In this document: positions 55,020-64,000 of the stretch, piece by piece
Layout of the letters: every line of letters begins with the position of its first letter
How positions within the stretch are numbered: position 1 is the first letter of the stretch
NCBI RefSeq assembly: GCF_009914755.1
Contig: NC_060930.1
Source of the DNA: the human T2T-CHM13v2.0 reference genome, Homo sapiens
Strand: one strand, 5' to 3'
Length of the DNA stretch: 64,000 nucleotides
Notes under the pieces: generated by a model
What the model saw: the letters and a program-made list of their open reading frames with translations, nothing else
Databases searched by the model: none
What the model was told of the DNA's origin: nothing
Translations under genes and position numbers: made by a program

Positions 55020-56317
55020 CTAACTTTCTCTCTTCTCATTTCCTTTCAAACCCCAGCTCTCATTTTTATTCTTGGGCAGGAGTCTATGTGTTACAAAATC
55101 TAAAGTTCTTGAGGACAGTTTACTACATACATTTCATCTGGTGCTGATTTTTAATTTCTCATCAATGAGTAACAAAATTATTTCATCTATACTTATAAAT
55201 TTATCTTTTTATTTGTGTTGTAAAATACAGTGGGCTATTGTCATTTTAGGCCTGAATTTTTTTTTTGATGAACCAATTTTATTGGAATTGAAGAATAAGT
55301 AGATAACAATAAGCATAAAAATAGGAATCAGGAATCAACTCATCCTAATGTGTTTCTTCATTAAAATAAAAATTTAAGCCTGACCGATGAAAACATTTTT
55401 ATCAACTTTATCCTGTAGCATTCTGAATTGTATTACAGTTCGTGGAATTCAGGTTTATTTCAAATGGCATCATTAACAAATTGGTAAATTTTAAAGGAAG
55501 TATAGACAATTAAAAATCCTTAAGCTGCATGAAAATTAATTGAGAATTAAGTGAGAAAACTAGAGAGGCAGACTTCACAATTTCTTGACATTTGTATTTA
55601 CATATGACATCCATTTATGTAGAATGTACTAAATGACAGTCACTATGTTATGTTCTGAAAATTAGTCTGCTCAATGACCTGATGAGGTACACAATATTGC
55701 CTGCATTTTATCTGTTCAGAGGAGTTAGCAATTTGTTAAAATTTACAGACAATAAATAGGTAGTGACCGAGGATTAAAATCAGGAATATATGATGATGAA
55801 GTTGATGATTGTTATTCTACTCCAGTTAAAAGTTTTCAGCATAAAATAACCAGAACATATACTGATAGAAAAATGAGCTACAGTAATCCTAATTTATGTT
55901 AGTAGAACAAGGGGCTACAAGCTACACTGGCTGTATTTTACATGGCTTTCTCTCTTAGCTGACTCTAGAGGTCCAGTGGTTGTCTCTTGTTATTTCTTCT
56001 TATTTTTTTCTTATTATATTTGTAATATAAATGATACTGGATGAGGAAGAAAGGTATTTTGATAGCCAAACAGGCATTCATTAAATTTAGATTCAGCTAC
56101 CAATATTAACTGAGCATCTATGATATGCTGACACTAACAATACCAGAGAGTTTTCTATGCATGATTTCATTCTGGCCACATAACATTCCTTTAGCGGTAT
56201 TAATGGTATTGGTTCTGTTTCCTATATCCAGGTTGCCTCGTATTCTGACTGTAAGGTTCCCTTTCTCTCTAGCTCTCCATTGCTGACTCTCTGTCTCTCT
56301 CATTTCTATTTCTGCCC

Positions 56318-59300
56318 TTCAACTTTTAAGTTCCAGGGTACATGTGCAGGATGTGCAGGTTTGTTACATAGGTAAACATATGCCACGGTGGTTTGCTGCG
56401 CGGTTCAACCCGTCGCCTAGGTATTAAGCCCAGCACCCATTAGCTATTCTTCCTGATGCTCTCCCTCCCCCTGCCTATCCCCCATGAAAGGCCCCAGTGA
56501 GTGTTGTTCCCCTTCATGTGTCCATGTGTTCTCATTGTTCAGTTCCCACTTATAAGTGAGAACATGCGGTGTTTGGTTTTCTGTTTCTGCCATTGGTTTG
56601 CTGAGGATAATGGTTTTCAGCTCGATTCATGTCCCTGCAAAGGACATGACCTCTTTCCTTTATATGGCTGCATAGTACTCCATGGTGTATATGTACCACA
56701 TTTTCTTAATCCAGTCTATCATTGATGGGCAGCTGGGTTGATTCCATGTCTTTGCTATTGTGAACAGTGCTACAGTGAACATACACATGCATGTATCTTT
56801 ATAATGGAATAATTTATATTCATTTGGGTCTATACTTAGTAATGGGATTGCTGGACCAAATTGTATTTCTGCCTCTAGGTCTTTGAGGAATAGCCACACT
56901 ATCTTTCACAATGGTTGAACTAATTTAAACCCCTACCAATAGTGTAAAAGTGTTTCTTTCTATCTGCAACCTCTCCAGCATCTGTTGTTTTTTGACTTTT
57001 TAATAATCACCATTCTGACTGGCATGAGATGGTATCTAATTGTGGTTTTGATTTGCGTTTTTCTAATCAGTGATGTTGAGTTTTTTTTTCATATATTTGT
57101 TGGCTACATGAATGTCTTCTTTTGTGAAGTGTGTTGTCCTTTGCCCACTTTTTAATGGGATTTTTTTTTCTTGTAAATTTGTTTAAGTTTCTTGTAGATT
57201 CTGGATATTAGACCTTTGTCAGATGGGTAGATTGCAAAGATTTTCTCCAATTCTGTAGGTTGTCTGTTCACTCTGATGATAGTTTCTTTTGCTGTGCAGA
57301 AGCTTTTTAGTTTAATTAGATTACATTTGCCAATTTTTGCATTCGTTGCTATTGTATTTGGCATTTTTGTCAAGAAATCATTGCCTGTGCTTATGTCTTG
57401 AATCGTATTGCCTAGGTTTCTTCTAGGGGTTTTTATAGTTTTGGGTTTTACATGTAAGTCTTTAATCCATCTTGAGTTATTTTTTGCATAAGGTGTAAGG
57501 AAGGGGTCCAGTTTCAATTTTCTACATATGGCTAGCCTCTTCTCCCAGCACCATTTATTCAATAGGGGATCCTTTCCCCATTGCTTGTTTTTGTCAGGTT
57601 TGTCAAAGATCAGATGGTTGTAAGTGTGCAGTCTTATTTCTAAGTTCTCTGTTCTGTTCCATTGGTCTATGTGTCTGTTTTTGTATCAGCACCATGCTTT
57701 TTGGTTACTGTAGCCCTGTAGTGTAGTGTGAAGTCTATCAGCATGATGCCTCCAGCTTTGTTGTTTTTGCTTAGGATCGTTTTGTTCATTTGGGCTTTTT
57801 TGTTCTATATAAATTTTAAAATATGTTTTTCTAATTCTGTGAAGAATGTCAATGGTAGTTTAATGGAAATAGCATTGAACCTATAAATTACTTTGGGCAG
57901 TATGGCCATTTTCATGATATAGATTCTTGCTAGCCATGACCATGGATTTTTAAAGAAATTTATTTGTATCCTCTGATTATTTGGAGCAGTGGTTTGTAGT
58001 TCTCATTGAAGTGGTCCTTCATTTCCCTTGTTAGCTGTATTCCTAGGTATTTTATTATCTTTGTAGCAATTGTGAATGGGAGTTCATTCATGATTTGGCT
58101 CTCTGCTTGCCTGTTGTTAGTGTATAGAAATGCTAGTGATTTTTGTGCATTGATTTTCTATGCTGAGACTTTGCTGAAGTTGCTTATCGGCTTAAGAAGC
58201 TTTTGGCTGAGATGATGGAGTTTTCTAGATACAGGATTATGTCATCTGCAGACAAAGATAATTTGACTTCCTCTCTTCCTATTTGGATACCCCTTATTTT
58301 TTTTTCTCTTTCCTGATAGCTCTGGCCAGAACTTTCACTACTATGTTGAATAAGAGTACTGAGAGAATTATTGTTTGTGCCAGTTTTCAAGGGGAATGCT
58401 TCTAGCTCTTGCCCATTCAGTATAATAATGGCTGTGGTTTTGTCATATATGGCTTTTATTAATTTGAAGTATGTTCTTTCAATACCTAGTTTATTGGGAG
58501 TTTTTAACATGAAGAGATGTTGAATTTTATTGAAGGTATTTTCTGTATCTGTATAGATAATCATGTGGTTTTTGTCTTTAGTTCAGTTTATGTCATGAAT
58601 TATATTTATTGATTTGTGTATGCTGAACCAACCTTGCATCCCAGGATGAAGCTGACTTGATTGTGGTGGATAAGCTTTTAGATGTGCTACTGGATTCAGT
58701 TTGCCAGTATTTTATTGAGGATTTTTGCATTGGTGTTCATCAGGGATATTGGCCTGAAGCTTTCTTTTTTTTTTTCTGTATCTCTGACAGGTTTTGGTAC
58801 CAGGATAATGCTGGCCTCATAAAATGAGATAGGGAAGAGTCCCTCCTTTTCAACTGTTTGGAATAGTTTCAGTAAAAATGGTACCAGCTCTTTGTATCTC
58901 TGGTTGAATGCAGCTATAAATCTGTCTGGTCCACTTTTTTTGGTTGGCAGTCTATTTACTACTGCCTGAATTTCAGAACTTATTATTGGTCTATTCAGGG
59001 ATTCAACTTCTTCCTGGTTCAGTCTTGGGAGGGTGTATGTTTGCAGGAACTCGTCCATTTTTTCTAGATTTTCTAGTATATGTGCATAGAGGTGTTTATA
59101 TTATTCTCTGATGGCTGTTTGTGTTTCTGTGGTTTCAATAGTGACTCCCCCTTATCATTTCTGATTGGGTCTGTTTGGCTCTTCTCTCTTTTATTCTTTA
59201 TTAGTTTAGCTATCAGTCTATCTATTTTATTAATTTTTTTAAAAAATTGCTCCTGAACTTGTCGATTTTTTAAGGGTTTTTCATGTCTATAACCTTCAGT

Positions 59301-59840
59301 TTAGCTCTGATCTTGTTTATTTCTTGTCTTCTGCTAGCTTTGAGATTTGTTTGCTCTTAGTTCTCTAGTTCTTTTAGTTGTGATGTTAGGTTGTTAACTT
59401 GTGATCTTTCTAGCTTTTTAATGTGGCCATTTAGCACTATAAATTTCCCTCTTAACACTGCTTTTTAGCTGCATTCCAGAGATTCTGGTATGTTGTCTCC
59501 TTGTTTTCATTAGTTTCAAAGAACTTCTTGATTTCTACCTTAATTTTATTATTTACCCAAGTGTCATTCAGGGGCAGATTGTTCAGTTTCCGTGTAGTTG
59601 TGTGGTTTTGAATGAGTTTCTTAATCTTGAGTCCTAAATTGGTTGTGCTGTGGTCTGAGAGACCATTTATTATGATTTCAGTTCTTTTGCACTTGCTGAG
59701 GAGTGTTTTACTTCCAATTATTTGATCAATTTTAAAGTAAGTGCCATACAGTGATAAGAATGGATATTCTTTTGTTTTTGGATGGAGAGATCTGTTGATA
59801 TTTATCAAGTCCACTTGATCCAGAGCTGAGTTCAGGTCCT
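56318..59840 (-). mobile_element. 5'-truncated L1PA8-10-like element (3'UTR + most of ORF2, disrupted)
   Basis: 3'UTR GTACATGTGCAGGATGTGCAGGTTTGTTACATAGGTAAAC. ORF2 pieces [29 protein letters not shown] and KLDPFLTPY. Confidence 0.93.
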
Positions 59841-61821
59841 ATAAGCCTGTACATTTTAATGCAGTGTGTCATCACCAATTGTATTGTTCTGCCATATCTT
59901 GAATGAAGGCAGCCCTGTATATTTTTGAAACTTGTCTACTGACTAACAACGTAGGTGAGTGGCAGATGCCCTATATGTTTCACAGCACTGCTCCACTTAA
60001 CATTTCACTCTTGCCTTAACTTTTGGCTTACCATCCTGTTCCTTAATTTCTTATATTTATGTTGATATTTGGTCACCATGGTTTGACACTTGGCTCTCTC
60101 TTAAGAACTTGATTTGACTCCAATTCTTGTGAAACATTTCTGAAAGACTTTTCCATATGTTAAAGTAATTTTAAATGACAAAACCTTCATATGCTGAGTG
60201 CACTATCTCATTTCTTCTGTAAATATACCCCTGAGGGTTTGTGTCTTGCCATTAATGATATTACAACAGTGCAGTGTAAAGTGTATATTATGGAGTTTAA
60301 ATGGCATTTTTAAAAATGATTATATAACAAATTGAAGTAGTTTATTCAATTAGTGAGTGCTATAGAATATAAAATGTATCTAGTAGAAATGCAAGTAGTT
60401 ATTTTTAGTAATAGCTTCATTATCACCTGCTGTATCATTGAATATTATACTCTCTTGAATATTTAACTTAGTGCAAGGGAAGTGTTAAATTTGGGTGTGC
60501 ATGTTTAACTAGCTTCCGTCCAAAGAATTTGAGGCCAGCTGCTCTAGTATTGAGGTATTTGACAGACCTGGTCTTTGACTTTTAACAAATCATTGTTTGA
60601 AATACGTAAGATGTCTAACAATTTGGTGATACGTAAATGACTTTCAGTTCTGAGGTAATCTATCTTTCCTAATAGACTCTCCATTTAATGTGTGAACTAC
60701 CGTGTAATGATCACTACCAGTACAGTTAAATGCTTTTATAATTAAATCTATATTGAATGGACTTCTATATCTTTTCTAGGCACTTTCCTTCTGTGCGTTT
60801 AAACTCTGTGTAGTTTGGAGTACTGTCATGTGAAATATGTGAGACTGAAATGGAATCATGTTCTGTGGCAGGGGGAATTATATTTTTGCTGAATAAATAG
60901 GCATTGAATTACATTCATCTATCTAATTACATAACTTGCAATGCCAGATATAACTTGAGAAAGATAATACCTTTTTGAAATCTATGGAAAATATTATTAT
61001 AATATAGCTTATTAAATAATATAGAAATGCTTATAATGATCTCTTTTGCTGTACTATCTGCCTAAGTACTCCAGGGTAACTGTGAGTTATGGTAGTTGAA
61101 AGTACTGACTCAGGAGTTAGCATGAATTTAAGTTCCAATTGTTCTATTTACAATCAATGTGATTGTGGGTTATTTATTTATCATTTGTAAGCCTATAAAA
61201 TGGAGCAAATAATAGAGTTGTTTCAAATTTAAATATGAATATGTGTAGGCAAACTGCAGTACAGTGTTTGGTGACTAATATTATGATCTCTTTTTCTTAT
61301 TCGATAATCTGTCAACATAAAATTATGTTGCAATTCTATTGAGGAAAACTGTATAAATGTACATTTCAAATTTGGCCTACAAATTAGAAAACAGATATTC
61401 GTCAAAAATTTATTTTCTTCACAAAATTACTCATATAATATTTCCTGTTCCACAATCATCTATGTTATAATTCACCCTGAATTGGGTTATATTCAAATAT
61501 GTTAATTTAACTGTACATAGTAAAATCTACAAAATGGTTGTTTTGGAGCCACTGCTTTTTTTTAAGACCCCAGATTCTCTTTCAAAAACTATAGGATAGA
61601 TTTATTAGCTTTAATAGAATAATATAAATATTCGAATATGTGTAACCTAAAAATGTTACAAAAAATATTTTAGTAGATACAATTTATGGCTCTATTTTAC
61701 AGTCATGGATGAATAGATATTTCTAAATCTGTTATACAAACAAGTGACAGTTGTTGAACGTCTGAGTTTTCAAGTGTTCAAACAACTACTAGCCAGCAGA
61801 ATATTAAGGTGTAATGGGTAA

Positions 61822-62185
<364 letters not shown>

Positions 62186-62264
62186 TAATCTGAAATTACT
62201 GTCACAAATTCATTAGGATATTTTGAGGTGTTTGAAAGAAAGAAGAAAAAATGAGATTTCCTAC

Positions 62265-63890
62265 ATTGTCACATAGTTCCAAAGGTTCCAGAAAGTAAAA
62301 GCTCAGAAATATGACTATAAAATATTTTAAGTGATTACTAAAATATTATTTGGTGATAGGAATTGCCAAAACAAATGGACAGATTTTGTTTTTCTTTTCA
62401 GTCTAGCAGAAATACAAATGTATTAAAATATATTAATGTTTTTGATATATCTGAAAGCAACAAGGGACTGGCATGTCAATGTGCAGCCTGTGACACTCTA
62501 TTCTCTCATTGATAGGGATAAACTGGTTCATTTTTTTCTTTATAGAAGTGTACTCTAGTCTGAATCTTGCATTCTCTCTAACTTACATGGGCCAGACACT
62601 GTAAACCCAGAAATAACAAAGTATAACTCAGTCCATTTCTCTGACTGAGTGTGCAAACCTATGAGCCAAAAATCAGCTTATATCTCCCCAGTGAGTCAGA
62701 ATGAAAGCACAGAGAGAAAACCTTGGCTAAGGGAAGGAGTGAAAGAAGCATTGTACAATTAACTGAGACATGAAGACGTGCCTTATTTTCTTAAAATTAC
62801 CTGGATAAAATGGAGGTAATTAACACCGTGTCCAAATGAAATACAATTTACATAGTTTTGTTTCAAAAGTAATCTGTTTGCTATCTATTGACATAAGTAA
62901 AAATCTGAGTTGATTACCTAAGGTGAGTACAAATTCTTAATGCTGTATCACTGTAGTTCACATATAACATATTTCTGGCTATCTTCGAGTTCTATGATGC
63001 CTTGTGGGATTTAGAAAAGAAAAAAAAATCATTGGTTTTGATATTAGATAGTTCAAACCCTACCTCTGCCGATTACCAGTGATGGAGTACCGCTAATTTC
63101 TATGAGCTTCAACTTTTTAATTTATAAAATGGAGCTATTGAAGGGTTAGTGTGAATATATAGTTGTAACAGCCTCTCAAGTTACTTCTATGCTATAGTGG
63201 TTATTTCTTTGCTTTGGCTTATTGTTGATTCATTATTTTTTTACATTTGAAGCAAAATCTTGTGAGATTCATTAGAATGCTTTTTCTTATACTCATTCCA
63301 TGTCAAACTGGACTTACCAGTGATGACAGAACCACTATATTAAAATATATTTTTTTCTCAGTCATGTGTTTGCAAAAAAAAAATGTGTATTAAAAAGAAA
63401 TAAAGTACCAATAACCTGAGCGTTGTGTGCCTTCAACCTAATAGGTGTGTAACTTCTCTGGGTCACAGTTTTCTCACTTGTAGAATGAAAATAATAAAAA
63501 TATCTCTCTTGTTGTCTCACAAGATGTTATGAGAATCAAGTCAGATTTATTTAAGATGCTTCTTAAACTGTAAATCAATGTGCAAATTTAGTCTTTCCTC
63601 TATATTCATTTGCTTTCCAAGTAACTGTTTCATTTTTGCAGAATGATTGAATATTGGTGATTTTTTTACATTCTTGACATACTTTTTCATAGTCACACTA
63701 GATCTTTCAAAATGCCTGGCAGTAGTTAGGAGGGCAGCCTGTTGCCTAGCAACAGTGTTTTCTGAATGCCCACTTTGGCAACAGAGCTGATGGACACATC
63801 TATGCACTACTAAACTATTGTTCACACTTACCAAACAAATCTGTGGCATTTCTACAGCTCATTATGTGAACAATAATTTGATGACCATGA
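62265..63890 (-). pseudogene. Cluster of six putative exons (63832-63890, 63683-63761, 63318-63334, 62918-63000, 62587-62658, 62265-62314) encoding a TTL/ATP-grasp-like stretch
   Basis: Donors gtaagt, gtatgt, gtaagt, gtaatc, gtaagt and gtagga. Joined translation: ..NATDLFENTVARQQAALLTTARHFERSSVTMKNGSVITGIIELEDSQKYVICELQ*YSIKNLYSP*/GLHTQSEKWTELYFVISGFTVSGPFIFLSFYFLEPLELCDN. Four of five junctions are phase-matched. Confidence 0.55.
63030..63560 (+). mobile_element. MIR fragments (two pieces) in the putative introns
   Basis: GTTCAAACCC..CTCTGCC..TTACCAG; AACTTCTCTGGGTCACAGTTTTCTCACTTGTAGAATG..GTTATGAGAATCAA. Confidence 0.6.
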
Positions 63891-64000
63891 CTAAGAACCA
63901 TGGGTGTTATAACATGGGTTAACAACTCTTAGACAATTTTTAAAGAAATTATATTTTACTTATTCATCATAATTATAGTATTTTATTTTTTTACTGACAT

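Noticed and set aside
63547-63849. 100-aa ORF as a standalone gene
   Set aside because: Better explained as one internal exon (63683-63761) plus open flanking intron sequence.

Overview
Primate (most likely human/great-ape) genomic DNA that is AT-rich and dominated by transposable elements. No intact cellular CDS is visible. Main content: (1) At 1-387, a full-length U6 snRNA retrocopy fused to an old L1 fragment and later split by a MER47 DNA transposon. (2) A deeply nested TE stack at ~28.7-51.3 kb. A Blackjack hAT fossil hosts a full-length L1PB (itself carrying an AluY, an LTR22, a MADE1 and a second L1) and an LTR47-like LTR. The LTR47-like LTR hosts a near full-length HERV-K11/HML-8 provirus, whose 3' LTR has had ~420 bp replaced by a tail-less internal L1 ORF2 fragment. 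(3) Many Alus and solo LTRs. (4) The most interesting signal is a chain of small GT-AG exons on the minus strand (~20.2-27.6 kb, 52.7-54.7 kb, 62.2-63.9 kb), many joined in matching phase. The conceptual translation resembles, in order, a TTL-like ATP-grasp region, a cadherin-like region and a PC-esterase domain, which is the CPED1 architecture. It is not CPED1 itself and carries stops and frameshifts, so it is a candidate unannotated intron-containing (unitary) pseudogene paralogous to CPED1. Repeat-family names and the CPED1 comparison come from recalled consensus sequences, not from database searches.
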